A DNA stretch of 64,000 nt from Eledone cirrhosa (Eukaryota). The DNA is taken from the NCBI GenBank assembly GCA_964016885.1, contig OZ024749.1:24986001-25050000 (forward strand), given 5' to 3'. Below, piece after piece: positions 29,852 through 46,824 of this stretch (position 1 is its first letter; each line of letters begins with the position of its first letter). The notes under the pieces are model-generated. The model saw only the letters and a program-made list of their open reading frames with translations, had not been told where the DNA came from and ran no database searches. The position numbers and the translations under genes were made by a program.

Positions 29852-30043
29852 GGGTGGTGTATTGGCAGTATCGGTAGAGGGTCGCATGCCATGCTTTGTA
29901 GCATAGAGTTACGGCCCTTAATGATATTAGCACAAATACCGCCGAGGTTAACTTTGTCTTTCATCCTTACGGGGTCGATAATATGAAATACCAGTAATGC
30001 ACTGGGTTTTGCTGGCCTTGTGCCAAATGTAGAAACAATTATT
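29852..30043 (+). mobile_element. tRNA-derived SINE
   Basis: tggcagtatcggtagag...ctttcatccttacggggtcgataa...accagtaa. Confidence 0.85.
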
Positions 30044-30074
30044 ATTACAAGTATTTTATCATTACTATACATAC

Positions 30075-30166
30075 TATTAGTAGTAGTAGAGCTTCTGGTA
30101 GTGGTGATGGTCATAGTAGTAGTAGTAGTAGTAGTAGTAGTAGACTTGCTGGTGGTAGTGGTGATT

Positions 30167-30197
<31 letters not shown>

Positions 30198-30324
30198 ACT
30201 TTCCTGATTGTAGTAGTAGTAGTAGTAGTAGCAGAAGTAGTATTTATAGTAGCAGCAGCTTCAGTAGTAGAAGTAGTAGTAGTAGTAGCAGCAGTAGTAG
30301 TGTTTATAGTAGTAGTAGTAGTTA

Positions 30325-30381
<57 letters not shown>

Positions 30382-30572
30382 GAGCAGCAGCAGTTGTATT
30401 TATAGTGGTAGTAGTAGTAGTAGCAGAAGTAGTATTTATAGTAGCAGCAGCAGCAATAGTAGAAGTAGTAGTAGTAGTAGCAGCAGTAGTGTTTATAGTA
30501 GTAGTAGTAGTAATAGTAGTAGTAGTAGTAGTAGTAGTAGTAGCAGGAGTAGCAGCAGTTGTATTTATAGTG

Positions 30573-30654
<82 letters not shown>

Positions 30655-30655
30655 A
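30075..30655. repeat. (AGT)n microsatellite with higher-order interruptions
   Basis: Direct inspection. Confidence 0.95.
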
Positions 30656-31034
30656 AGAAACAGAGACAAACTTGGTAGAAGTGCTGTGGTGTGGTAATGG
30701 GAGGGGACGTGAGGAGGAGCGAAGGAATCTATGGACTATCTCGTCTCACAATTGTCACACAAAAGACCATGCAAACGGATAAGACTAAGAATGGAGACGG
30801 AAAGAAAGAAATACGAAGGATTCTGTCGTTCTTTTCAGTTTCGATCAGTGACCCAGACATCGAAGAATTATAAGTTGATTAATGACGACCATTTCCTATT
30901 CAATGATAATTCCTCTATTGGATTAGTTCTTCTGTAAATTGACGAGACAATCACAGAGATTATACCGTCTGCCAGACCAGCTACAGCAGCAGGAGTGGAG
31001 GCAGCGGCTACTTTTGATTATTAACACACACACT

Positions 31035-31075
<41 letters not shown>

Positions 31076-31111
31076 TTTGTATATGTATATGTATATACCT
31101 AATATACAATG

Positions 31112-31269
<158 letters not shown>

Positions 31270-31340
31270 GATAGATATATAGATATATATATATATAGAT
31301 AGATAGATATACATATACATATATAGATATATATATATAC

Positions 31341-31385
<45 letters not shown>

Positions 31386-31513
31386 CATATATATATATAC
31401 ATAGTACATGTGTGTGTATATGATATATATATATGTTTGTCGACAACAGTTATTACTTCGCTAATCTCCAGATCAGTTACCCTTCAATACCTTGTCATAT
31501 ATATGTATATATG

Positions 31514-32240
<727 letters not shown>

Positions 32241-32755
32241 CTATGAGTGAAGGATGAAGAGGCATCTTTGAATATATAATAAGTCTGAGAAATACCAGTA
32301 TATCCGGGAATGATGATGTATACACACGAGAATTATATGATTACGTCATTAAGAAAGATGAATATGTCATTTCACCAAACACTCCAGACCGAAGCGTTAG
32401 ACATTACCATATTCCTTTACATCGTTGTAATTTATTCCACTGTGTATATATTTTCCTCTTTATTCATAGTCTCCTATAACAGGAAATATTGATGTTCATC
32501 TTAAATATAATACTACAGAGATTGTAGTAGTTTACATCAATAATTAACCCTCCCTCAATAATTAACCCTCCATCACAATGAGGAAGTTCCCCCTCCAACT
32601 CGCCGTGTCCAGTCTTGCTGACTGAAGTTTCGTTGCCTCCAACACGGTTTTATTTTCTAGAAGATCCTTCAGAGTGAAGGGGTCGGCTACCAATACGTCT
32701 GCGTATATCAGATTTCTAGAAAAAAAAATGGTACGGGTAAGAACTCATTATGTAC

Positions 32756-32912
32756 ACGCCATGCTTTGCAGCATAGAGTTACGGCCCTTTATGATCTGAG
32801 TTCAAATCCCATCGAGATTAACTTTGCCTTTCATCCTTACGGGGTCGATAAAATAAAGTACCAGTAAAACACTGGTTTAATTGCTAGCCTTGTGCTAAAA
32901 GTAGAAACAATT
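32756..32912 (+). mobile_element. tRNA-derived SINE (5' truncated)
   Basis: B box gagttcaaatcc plus the conserved core. Confidence 0.85.
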
Positions 32913-33346
32913 ATGTACATGTTCTGATTGGTCTCCCAATACATCTACATCCATTACATAAAGAGTAAAGCTCTCTGCCAGCAGTTTTTTGAGGTTTCAT
33001 ATGACCGGCTAATAAGAGCCTCGTGTAATACTATTACATTCGTTTATCCCTTCTGAAAAAACAGAACACATGACATAAAACTGCTCAAAGTTCATATGCT
33101 AACCAAGAAACTCTCATGGAATGACCAAATGATGTTTATTCTTCAACATATTCCAGCGGAAAGAGATACGGCAATTATTATTAAGGAGAGTTGAAATTAA
33201 TGCATGGACGATTTAATAGTATAGGCATCCCTCCTTCATAGTCACCCTATCGTTCCAGGGGTCTATGTTGAAAAATAAAAGTAATTGGGTCATTCGATGA
33301 GAGTATTTTGTCAGTATGGTATTTTCAATTTTCAGCCGAGCCTCGT

Positions 33347-33590
<244 letters not shown>

Positions 33591-33794
33591 TAAAATAACA
33601 AATTAAAGTTTAAGCAAAGAATCGCTGCTTTCACCCTTAACGGGATCTTCTGAAACTAACAATGTCAATCTGTAAACGCAGTACTGGATATTTCAAAAAA
33701 CGTTGCAACTTGAGGAAGACAGGAAGACGATACTTTGGTTCGTGGAAACGTTCGCTGGCAAAGAACGGGAAAAAACGAATAATACGTCATTAAC

Positions 33795-33984
33795 AGGGCG
33801 GTGGATTGGCAGTATCGGTAGAGAGTCGGACGCCATGCTTTGCAGCATAGTTACTTCCCTTTACGGTCTGAGTTCAAACCCCGCCGAGGTTGACTTTGCC
33901 TTTCATCCTTACGGGGTCGATAAACTAAAGTACCAGTAATGTACTGGGTATTTGCTGGCCTTGTGCCAAAAGTAGAAACAATTA
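33795..33984 (+). mobile_element. tRNA-derived SINE, near full length
   Basis: A box tggcagtatcgg, B box gagttcaaacc; central gcctttcatccttacggggtcgataaa..gtaccag resembles the MetaSINE domain (recall). Confidence 0.9.
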
Positions 33985-34778
33985 ATAGGAGCGGTGAAAA
34001 ACAATTACGCGCAAAGACAGACCCACGTTTATGGTATAAAAGAGGTCGTAGACTAATGCTCTCTTAGGTGGTGCATAGAACGTTCTCTGGCAATGAACGA
34101 AAAAACGAAGATAATAAGTCACATGTGGAGCGTGGAGAACAATAGCACGCAAAAACAAAACCACGTAAATGGTATAGCAGAAGTTGTAGACTAAAATTCT
34201 AACTAGGAGACCAAATGAATCTCCGCTACAGAGTTAAGAACAAAGTAAATAAATACAATACAGAAGTAATAGAAACAAATAAATACATACACGCAAACAG
34301 ATACGTACATACACAAGCATACGCAAAACCTTACCATAGGTATACAAAACCACGCACATATAAATATGTGTCTGTGTGTATGCTTGTGTACAAATAAAAA
34401 GATAATTATATAAACGTATATAAGTAAATAAATACGTATATAACAAGCGCACACACATACCTACAAATAAATACACGAATGTTCGGAGACGTAAGTCAAC
34501 TAAAACAAGAAGTACACATATACACACACCCACCATACGTACGAACCTGCATACTCACGCAGACGCAAAACTCCCGTATACACATAGCCAAACCCTAAAT
34601 ACCAGAATATGTAAAAATTATACGCCATAACAGTCAAATATACGTACGAGAAGGTATACATACCTTCACAAAACATACGGGTAATATATACTTACCTATG
34701 CAAATAAGTAAAGGAATAAACAAAACATATAAAACTAGCTCCCACATCAAGGCGTAAAATATCCACGTATAGATCGTG

Positions 34779-35045
34779 CTATCCGTTAGGGTATAACGCG
34801 GGGCTGTAATACAGGAAAGTTTTGTGCAATTTATGTTTACAAGCCGAAATTGCCTCAGATTTTTTGTTTAAGCTGTAGTCTGTGGTGTAGAGTATTTCCA
34901 GGGCCTCAGCGGCGCAGAGGTCACATGATCTTTTATTTCCGTTATACGATCTAGCCCTAGCTAGGATCTCCCAGTGTAACTTATATTGGGTGTGGTTGTC
35001 TTTTAGACTCCAGATATAAGCTGAAAGTGACGTCATATTCCTTCT
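34779..35045 (-). pseudogene. PLE GIY-YIG C-terminal fragment
   Basis: TSLSAYIWSLKD...WEILARARSY...CDLCAAEALEI...LNKKSEAISACKH. Confidence 0.85.
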
Positions 35046-35057
35046 TATATATATATA

Positions 35058-35144
<87 letters not shown>

Positions 35145-35184
35145 TATAAGTATTAATAAAATAGATGTTCTTTTCATCAATTAC

Positions 35185-35237
35185 ATTCTATTATACATAT
35201 TTCGGATGTACAACAGTACGTCCTCATCAGACAAAAT
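35185..35237 (-). ncRNA. Type I hammerhead
   Basis: AUUUUGU-CUGAUGA-GGAcGUAC uguu GUACaUCC-GAAAU augu AUA^AUAGAAU; lies inside a small element with inverted ends (~35138-35345). Confidence 0.7.
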
Positions 35238-35514
35238 ATAATGATACATGACATACACTGAGATGTTAAATGATTAAGAGATATTCAAGGTAGTCAATTA
35301 ATACTTATATTTTACTAATATTAATACTTATATTTTAATATTAATACCTCCTGAAAATTATTTTCGTTGAGTGCTTCCAATATACTGTAAAACTCATTCT
35401 TTGACATAATCATCGAATAGTGTTTAACAACTTAATATTTATATATATATATATATATATATGTAAAAAGTGAAGAAGAGCATGATCAACAGTACAAACA
35501 AGGACATTTATTTA

Positions 35515-35624
35515 CAGTCTAACAATTGTTTCCATGATAGAGTTATCTAGAAATTGCTAAACACTGAAGACAGCATAACTAAATTTAAAATACATACAAC
35601 CTTTCATCATTTCATCAGAAATTG
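35515..35624 (-). ncRNA. Type I hammerhead with long stem II insert (stem I imperfect)
   Basis: CAAUUU-CUGAUGA-aAUGAU...AUCAUg-GAAAC AAUU GUU^AGACUG; palindrome ACAAUUGU. Confidence 0.6.
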
Positions 35625-35686
35625 ATAAGAAATACAAAATACATGCGTAACGGTGAACTTATAAATTCAAATATATATATATATGC

Positions 35687-35848
<162 letters not shown>

Positions 35849-36799
35849 TAGATAGATAGATAGATAGATAGAGAAGACAGATAGATATATTGATAGATAG
35901 TAATATAAACAAATGTGTATATATGTGGGTGTTAGTGTGTGTGTACAAGTGTCGGTTGAAATTGAAAATAATATAGGCTGACAAAATACTCACACGGAAT
36001 GGCCAAATTACTTTTATTTTTCAACATAGTCCCCTGGAACGATACAATGCAGTTGTAAATATAAGGGTTCAAATTAATGCATGCTATATTTCTTTGCTCT
36101 AGCCTCAGTCCTTCATCGTCATCCTATGCACATTTAAACCCATCCTCATAATGCAATTTTGACACCAATGGGATTCGAAATCATGTGGTATGAGACAGTA
36201 ATTATATATTACAAAACATTTTATTTCGTCTGACTCTGTGACGGCTTTCAATTCAGGCGGAATAATGGAAAGAAATTTAGTTATTATTTATATATTAAAC
36301 AATTATTACTTAGCCAGAGAATATATTTGCATTTTTATTTCAAAATTTTGATTTTTAGCAAATGTTTTGAATTTGAAATTCACAAACTATGCTGAATATG
36401 TGGCATAGCGTTTGCAACATTGAATAATATACAAATGAAAAATACCTCAATAAACTGGGATATATATGTATATGCACGTTTCAATGTATGTATGTACTTA
36501 TGTATGTATGTATGTATGTATGTATATGCATATAGGTATGTATGTATGTATGTATATGCATATAGGTATGTATGTATGTGTGTATATATAAATGTATGTA
36601 CATCTATATAAATGTTTTATGTATATATATATATATAATATATCTGTCTATCGATACATACAGAATCAGACGAACACATAATAACATGCACACATATGTA
36701 TATAAATATATATATATATATTATATATGTATATGTATACATTTAAATATATATATATATATATATATACATATATTTATATACATTTATATATAAATA

Positions 36800-36832
<33 letters not shown>

Positions 36833-37099
36833 CTGTGTGTGTGTAAGTGTTTTGTGTGTGTAATGAAAATAAAGGTTTTTCTCATATATATATATAGACG
36901 CTTATAATAATTCATATTTCAACAATATATTTATATGACGATCACGTTTTTGTATGATATGTCGGTCATTCCTTGAAGTTAACTCGAAATTACTCTTTTC
37001 CGACGTAGCTACTTCTGAGACTGTTAAGCAATAACATATTTTGTGTTTTAGAAGTCCCCCCCCCCCCTACCCCCCCCCCACCCCCAACAGTCTTGAGTT

Positions 37100-37360
37100 G
37101 CATGAAGCAGCCAACATGTTTCGATGCCTAAGGCCAGTTGTATCATTCAAAACATCTTTCCAACTTTTGTTGACGGGTTTCGTGTCTCTTTCGTTTTTAC
37201 TGAATGTGATCATCTTGGGACGACCCCTTCGCCTCTTTCCATGCTGGGGTGTACCAATGCAGAACTTATAATATATAACATAGCCTAAAAGCAATCCTAG
37301 AAATGTAAACTTGGCCCTAATTCCCGGAATTAATAGAAACCTTAATGATTGTAGCATTTT
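37100..37360 (-). pseudogene. RTE-like LINE 3' fragment
   Basis: TPQHGKRRRGRPK...WKDVLNDTTGL resembles the RTE C-terminal GxRxRGRP motif. Confidence 0.5.
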
Positions 37361-38577
37361 TCATAACAACAGGTTAGAAAACGTCGCTTATTTAAACGAA
37401 AGTGCATCTCGCTCGTTCGTAGGAATAAGTAAATGCACTGGCAGGTTAGACAAACACTGAGGATTTAAGGGTATCTAATGATAGGAACTGTTGTACCAGA
37501 GTCATTCTCAACTAGCCAGGCTATTACAAATACTGGAAGGTTTTAGCCAAGATTTTATGTATGCACCAAATAGGAATTTGACAAAACGAAGCTAGTCATC
37601 CACTCTGTGTAAGACCTGTACACAAAAATGCCATGGCTTTTCAAACGTATGGAAAGAATATTTTTGCTGATATATAAACTTCATTGCCTAATGTAATATT
37701 TTATTTATTTCCGTATATAAAGACGCGGAAAAAATATATTTGCAACCAAGCATAAGTTCCTTCCTCAATTAAATAACGAGAAATTGTTAAAAATATATTT
37801 TATCATCATATTAAAACACTTTATCTTATAATTACTCTCTATACAGAAATATAGTGATCTTGATCTAGAAATCGAACCTTCCCTACGTGTTCATTTACAG
37901 CACAAAATAAAGTAATATTATCTTAAATATTCTTCAAAGTAATTTTTCTTCTAAAAAAAAAAAAATTAAGGCCTAAAGAAATCAATTATATGAAATTGTC
38001 TATATAAGAAACTTAATATATTTTTCCAAGATGAACACTAAATAAACTAACGAGAAAAATGTCCTTATCTTTTTTCCCTTAATGGAATTTCACATAGTAA
38101 TACATAACAGTTCCATATCTAACGTTCTTTTGATAGATTTTCTAAGATTTCTTTAATAAATTCTAATCAATATTTTAGAAAAGTGTTCAAAAGATAAAGC
38201 TGTTTTTGTTTCATTATTATTGTCTATACATGAAACAAAAAAATATGTTCTATAAGAAATATGCAACACTGTTGAATTTCATTATATGTATATATAAATA
38301 TATATATATTTTTTTTTGTAAAGAAAATTATTAGGTAGTTTAATATTTGAAAGGAATAATCGTGATGTGAATGGAATCTTTCATATACGTGAACTTTAGA
38401 GTCTCGCATATTTAATATAGTGCGTTGAAATGCAGTTAGATTATCCAACAAATTTGTCAACAAACCAAACAATCGACCACACTGGTCGTTTGAAATTTAA
38501 AAAAATGCAAACCAGGGATGAGCGTGCAATAACGTCATTTCATTAAATATTCTTCAAAATATTGTGGAAATGAACTG

Positions 38578-38621
<44 letters not shown>

Positions 38622-38646
38622 ATACTTTGTAAGATATATATATATT

Positions 38647-38682
<36 letters not shown>

Positions 38683-38856
38683 ACAAAGAGTGTGTGGTGA
38701 GATGTCAGGTGGACCATTACGCACTAGAGTATTCAATACTTAGGGCAGTAGAGTAGGTAATAGAAAAAGGGGTTGTTCGGATCTAGCTGTCGAAACCGCC
38801 GGTGTCCACCCGTCGAGGTCCCGACTCTTTTTCTATATGTAAATATATATATATTT

Positions 38857-38942
<86 letters not shown>

Positions 38943-40958
38943 GGTGTGTGTGTGTGTATATGTGTGTGTGTATGTGTATGTATATGGGTGTGTGTGTATG
39001 TGTGTGTATGTGTGTGTGTGTTCATCAATCAGCGATCGACAAAAGATTACCAGTCCAGTACAGAGGTTAAGTCCACCTCTGAATCTCTTTCTTACATGCC
39101 TTCTATTGCCCCCTCTCTCTGTTCTCTGGGCAGCTGATGAGCTGGGTCATCTCTTTATTAACATAAAAACATGCGTATATTAAGACGTCGTCCCTACAAC
39201 ATAATCAAGAGATATGGCTTCATACATATACATATTTAGACGGTCCTCTGTGTTTTCACTTTGATGTCTCCCTTTAGTGCAGGAATACAAGTTCCAAGCA
39301 TTCGAGCTGGGAATCCATTGATCTATCCCTGACCTTCAGTGTTCGCCTCACTAGACTAATATCAGTTCCATTGCTCTTCTTTCTCTGACGCTGCTCTAAT
39401 ATAAAGTAATTTTACCCACCGCCATAACATATTTCACGTTGGAAGTGTTAAAAATTAATACAATCATTGTTTAGTCGCTGTATAATCACCCTGAGGTCGA
39501 TGCTGCTTTGTTTAAATAACATGAAGTTCTTCATTTTAATATATTACCATAAGCGATTGAGGTTACAATGGTATAGGGAAAATATAGAATTATTCATGGT
39601 CCCAAACTCTCATCACTGAGAATTGGAGACCATGAATAATAATGATATCTTCCACTAAGGTATAAACAAAAGCACAGTGAAAGCTAATATCGTTTCATGT
39701 CAAACTCTCAGGAGAATTTCTCCTTTCAACATTGCAAACTGAAGAACGAAGGAAGAACATGTTCATTGACTCTCTATGCGCTAAAAATAATCTCCCTCAA
39801 ATCACTCTCTACTGAGAAACGTGAGAACTTTTTATAAAGTCTATCAGCACAACAAGTGCAGAAACAAATACAGGACATCAACCTGCTAGAAACAGCAGAG
39901 ACATCTCCCTCAATTACTTCCCACTGAAACAAATCTGAATTTGGTATAACAGCATAGCACGCACATAAATGAATATGAGAAATTCACTTGTAACAAACAA
40001 ATCTCCCTCAAATTAACAGGATAATTTCTTATATGAGCACAAGCAGACACACGAAAACAGTGCTTTGTCTCGTGGCCTTCTAGAATTAGCACTCAATTCT
40101 TTCTCAAATCATTCCCTACTGCCTACATAAATAAATGATAAATGGGATATTATATAGTTACCCTCAGCACAGACATTCATTCTCCCTAAAAATCCAACAC
40201 TTGTTCAAACCTCGACTGCAAGTGAACAACAACAAATCATCTATTTTGTCAGTCTTTCGTATTGTTTATTGTTGCTGTTTATCTCCAAGCCTCATTAGGC
40301 AAGATGTATCCTTTCACATATTCTATGTTCAATACGAACAGATTAGCAGCTTGATTTAAATCACCACTACTAGTCATTTAAAAATGAAGGGATATTTAAA
40401 GGGAACTGTTCTATCATTATATTTGGATTGGTAGTATAGGTAGAGTTACATATCATAAAGATAGACAAGGGGCATAACTAACATGAATTGTATAGTCAGT
40501 AATTTTCCGCTGGACGTGTGAGTGTGTGTCTCCGTATGCGATTGGGTATATTTACCTCCATGTTTCTTTGTGTCGATGTGTATGTGTATATGTGATCTTG
40601 TGTGTGTAAATATGTTTGTGTTGTTAGAGTGTATATGTATGTGTGAGTGGGTTGTTTATAGATATGTATGTATGCATTTTACCTATACGTGTTTGTTTGA
40701 TAGTATGAAGTAGTAGTTGCTGCGGCGAATTTCAAACCTAGAACAAGCGATATTCTGAAGATAATTTGAGCGTGATTTTACACACGCTATTTTATAAAGT
40801 TAAAAGTCAGCGAATAACCAACGTGTATAAATGTTTTTCCCTGCTTTCAGACGCGTCTACAGTGAAATAAATAATTACATTTCATGAAAAAATTATTTAT
40901 ATATAATCAAATAAAGGCGATCGTATATAAATAAAATAAATCAATTTTATAGTTTTTA

Positions 40959-40998
<40 letters not shown>

Positions 40999-41261
40999 GA
41001 AATGAGGTGAATTCAAATAAAAATTGACATACAGAAACATAGCCATAGAGAACCAAATAGAGACATATTAGACACAGGTAGATGTTCATGACTGTTACGC
41101 AAATTTGAGGATGAAAAATTCGATACTGAGATATGAGAAACAAACACGTAGACGCATATATACACACACATAATGAATTATAGGTATGTATGCACCCGCA
41201 CCCCCACATATATATGTATATATATATGTACGTGTATATATATATACACACACACACACGC

Positions 41262-41350
<89 letters not shown>

Positions 41351-41650
41351 AACGTGTAAATATGTCATATATACATTTCAATACATATTTTCAAACGTTG
41401 AAGTTGTTTTCAGAATGTTTAGTGCTATTTTAAATAATTGTAGCCCACAAAATTGAAGATGCAGCCATTAAACCGTTAAGCTGCTTTGATATTTCAATTT
41501 ATTGGATTCGAAAGCAATGTAGAAAATATACGTATATATATATATGTAATTGTACCATTGATTCCTGCGTTTGGTTGTTTGTCATTTTCATCTATATATG
41601 TTATACATATATATACAAGAATATGTGCTTGAGAGATTATGTATGGGTTA

Positions 41651-41712
<62 letters not shown>

Positions 41713-41730
41713 GCATACATACATACATTC

Positions 41731-41785
<55 letters not shown>

Positions 41786-41898
41786 CATATAGTAGAATGG
41801 TGTTAAGGATTACTTATGTACTGGGAGATGTGTACATACTTACACATTTACATGCGCACTGTATACATATGCATGTTTTATATGTGTAAACATTTATT

Positions 41899-42001
<103 letters not shown>

Positions 42002-42420
42002 ATTTGTATATTTTGAAAAACATATTTGAATATATAAATTCTGTATATATTTTACATTACTGTAGGCAGAATTTGTTACGGTGGTGGATCTGTCAGACGT
42101 ATATACACATGTAACAGAATTCAATAAACACACACACACACACACACACGCATATATATATATATATTATATATACGTGTTTGTGTGTGTGTATATGGGT
42201 ATATATACATTTATAAATGTATATATAGGTATATATATATAAATTATATGTATAGTGACGTATAAAAGTATGCACGCTTCAAAGTCAGTGGTACAGTGAG
42301 TTTCACTAATGTCGTTATATAACAATTACTGTTACATACATCTCCATTTCAAGCATTAAAATTTTCAATATATATATATGCACTTATCCATATAAATATA
42401 GATACATTCATATATATATG

Positions 42421-42478
<58 letters not shown>

Positions 42479-42592
42479 ATATATGTATATATATATATAA
42501 TATATGTATATATATATATATATTATATAATATATGTATATATATATATAATATATGTATATATATATATAATATGTGTATAGATATATATA

Positions 42593-42628
<36 letters not shown>

Positions 42629-42968
42629 TATATAATATAAGTATGTATATATATATTATATATATATATTACATATATAATATAAGTATATATATATATA
42701 TATATTACATATATTATATAAGTATATATATATATTATATATATATATATATATATTACATATATTATATAAGTATATATATATATATATATATTACATA
42801 TATTATATAAGTATATATATATATTATATATATATATATATAACATATATAATATAAGTATATATATATTATATATATAATATAAGTATATACATATATA
42901 TATTATATATATATATATATATTACATATATAATATATGTATATATGTATATATATATTACATATATA

Positions 42969-43159
42969 ATTGTTTCTACTTTTTGACACAAGGCCATAAA
43001 ATTAACCAGTGTATTACTGGTAATTTATTTTATCGACCCCATAAGGATGAAAGGCAAAGTTAACCTCGGCGGGATTTGATCTCACAATGGCAAGGGCCGT
43101 AACTCTATGCGTCAAACGTTGCCTCCGACCCTCTACCGATTCTCCCAATCCACCGCCCT
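42969..43159 (-). mobile_element. tRNA-derived SINE, full length
   Basis: Same family; ends with caatccaccgccct. Confidence 0.9.
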
Positions 43160-43233
43160 TATATATTACATATATAATATAAGTATATATAATTATATAT
43201 ATATATATATACTATATATGTAATATATATGTA

Positions 43234-43291
<58 letters not shown>

Positions 43292-43793
43292 ATATATATA
43301 TATATGTATAGGTGTGTGTATGTGTATGTGGGTGTGTTTATGGGTGTGCGCGAGTGTGTGACTGAGTGTGTTTTGTGAATGTGTCAGTTGATTTTGGCAT
43401 ATAGTTGAATAGTTTAAGAGACATTTGAGGACAATTGTAAGATATGCACTCAAAATTTTGAATTTGTCTACAGAATTCTCTAAACCTTTGTCACTTAGTA
43501 AAGAATTTATCTTTTAAAGAATCTCATTTCCTTTAAATCTATCTACCATGACTGACCCCCACTGATATTATAGACAGCTGTTAGCTTAATAAGGATTGGC
43601 ATGCCATCCTGAACCTGTTTATAGAATTCTTTCCGCCTTTGTTACTCTAAAAATAAAAATAATAATAAACTATAGCGTTGTAGAATTAGATTTTAATGAA
43701 TTATATCAACCAATGACCTACACCCATCCCGCTCCCCACCCTGTCCTACGACTTGTAGAGACTTATATATACCATACTTATTTTGTGATACCC

Positions 43794-43844
43794 AGATTCC
43801 TGATGATTTCTAAAGAATGAAACAGTTCTTGTCCTGTAGAATCT
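43794..43844 (+). ncRNA. Type I hammerhead (family B, diverged copy)
   Basis: Core and stems are identical to 1773-1823; the only change is in loop III, while flanks differ more. Confidence 0.8.
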
Positions 43845-43856
43845 CATCTATAATAA

Positions 43857-43943
<87 letters not shown>

Positions 43944-44325
43944 TGTAATATATATATATATATACATATATGTAATATATATATAAATATATTATATATG
44001 TAATATATATATATATACATTTTATATATGTAATATATTTATATACATATATTATATAATTAATATATATATATATATATGTAATATACATATATATATA
44101 TGTAATATATATATATATAAATATATATGTAGATAAATCTACCAAGAGTTTACGGTAGTGTCCAATCCGTATGAAGAACTCAATGTAATCCGGATATCAT
44201 GGAAAGAAGAGATGCAATGAAAAATCACTTTCGGTGAAAGATAAACGGAATACAGAGTCAAGATAAAATATAAAAAAAATAATGAATAAAACAATGAAAC
44301 AGTTCCTTATATTAAACAAAAAAAG

Positions 44326-44480
44326 TTCATTATTTAACGATCGTTTCTAGGATATATATGTGTTAGAATTGGCATGCATATTCAACAGATCTATGTACAA
44401 AATTATACAAAATTATACAAACTATCAAAATTAAATATACATACCAAACACATATATATGCCGTCTTCAGAAATAATGAA
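44326..44480 (-). ncRNA. Type I hammerhead with ~115-nt stem II domain
   Basis: Reverse complement of 45011-45165. Confidence 0.75.
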
Positions 44481-45010
44481 ATATATTTATTGATAATAAC
44501 AACAATTCAAAATTACAGGTCTGTTTGGGAACAGAGTTCAAATTGACCAATGAAAACACAAAAAGTTTATACAGTTAAGTGTGTGTATATATATGTAAGT
44601 AACTTCGTTCACAGATATGCATAAAGATATATGTTCACATGCATACGCATGCCAAAAAGATGTATGTAAATACAAAAATTCAAGGCTAATATCTCTGTAT
44701 GTTTATAATCTACAGATAAAATACGTATACACATATAAATATAATTTTATATTTATATGTGTATACGTATTTTATCTGTAGATTATAAACATACAGAGAC
44801 ATTTGCCTTGAATTTTTGTATTTACATACATCTTTTTGGCATGCGTATGCATGTGAACATATATCTTTATGCATATCTGTGAACGAAGTTACTTACATAT
44901 ATATACACACACCTAACTGTATAAACTTTTTGTGTTTTCATTGGTCAATTTGAACTATGTTCCTAAACAGACCTGTAATTTTGAATTGTTGTTATTATCA
45001 ATAAATATAT

Positions 45011-45165
45011 TTCATTATTTCTGAAGACGGCATATATATGTGTTTGGTATGTATATTTAATTTTGATAGTTTGTATAATTTTGTATAATTTTGTACATAG
45101 ATCTGTTGAATATGCATGCCAATTCTAACACATATATATCCTAGAAACGATCGTTAAATAATGAA
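45011..45165 (+). ncRNA. Type I hammerhead with ~115-nt stem II domain
   Basis: UUCAUUAUUU-CUGAAGA-cGGcAUAUAUAUGUGU...ACACAUAUAUAUCCua-GAAAC GAUC GUU^AAAUAAUGAA; 10-bp stem I, palindrome ACGAUCGU. Confidence 0.75.
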
Positions 45166-45230
45166 CTTTTTTTGTTTAATATAAGGAACTGTTTCATTGT
45201 TTTATTCATTATTTTTTTAATATTTTATAG

Positions 45231-45266
<36 letters not shown>

Positions 45267-45704
45267 ATATTATATATATATTACATATATACTAAAAAAT
45301 ATGTAATATATATATATACATATATTATATATGTAATATATATATATATATATATATACCTATATTATGTATGTAATATATATATATACATATATTATAT
45401 ATGTAATATATATATATATATATATATACCTATATTATGTATGTAATATATATATATACATATATTATATATGTAATATATATATATATATATATATTAC
45501 ATATATAATATATGTATATATATATATTACATATATAATATAAGGATATATATATATATATATATATATTACATATATAATATATGTATATATATATATT
45601 ACATATATAATATAAGTATATATATATATATATATATTACATATATAATATATGTATATATATATATATTACATATTTTGTAATATATATGTAATATAAA
45701 ATAT

Positions 45705-45757
<53 letters not shown>

Positions 45758-45866
45758 GTATATTATATATATATATATATATTAATTATATAATATATGT
45801 ATATAAATATATTACATATATAAAATGTATATATATATAACATATATAATATATTTATATATATGT

Positions 45867-45923
<57 letters not shown>

Positions 45924-46264
45924 CATATATATATATATTACATATATAATATATGTATAAATATATATTACATATAAAATGTATATATAAATATATATTA
46001 TATATATAAAATATTTATATATATATATTACATATATATATATATATTTCATATATAATATATGTATATATATATATATTACATATATCAAATGTATATA
46101 TATATATTACATATATAATATATGTATATATATATATATATATATTACATATATAAGATGTGTATATATATATTACATATATAATATATGTGTGTATATA
46201 TATATATATTACATATATAATATATGTATATATATATAGTATTAATAATAAATCTGTTATTTTA

Positions 46265-46378
<114 letters not shown>

Positions 46379-46733
46379 TACATATATAATATATCTATAT
46401 ATATTACATATATAATATATGTGTGTATATATATATTACATATATATTATATATATACAGGTATGACAGTGGTTTGATGGTGTAAGTGTGTACACACATA
46501 TATATTTACAATTACATTTCGCAATGTTACAAAGGACTTTTAAAGTACGTGAAAAATGCAATAAATGTTCTTTGATATTAGCCTATATTTTCCTTTCAAC
46601 TCTAAATAAAACAGAATCTACACACACACAAACGCACGCACACACACGCACACACACACGCACACGGACGCGCACACACACACACACTCATATATAAATA
46701 TATATATATAAATACATGTATACATAAATGTAA

Positions 46734-46824
<91 letters not shown>

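Larger units (their letters stand above)
44263..45228. repeat. 966-bp near-perfect palindrome (482-bp arms, 2-nt spacer)
   Basis: Paired positions sum to 89491; only a few mismatches. Confidence 0.95.

Noticed and set aside
33795-33900. tRNA gene
   Set aside because: A/B boxes belong to a multi-copy SINE head; no cloverleaf.
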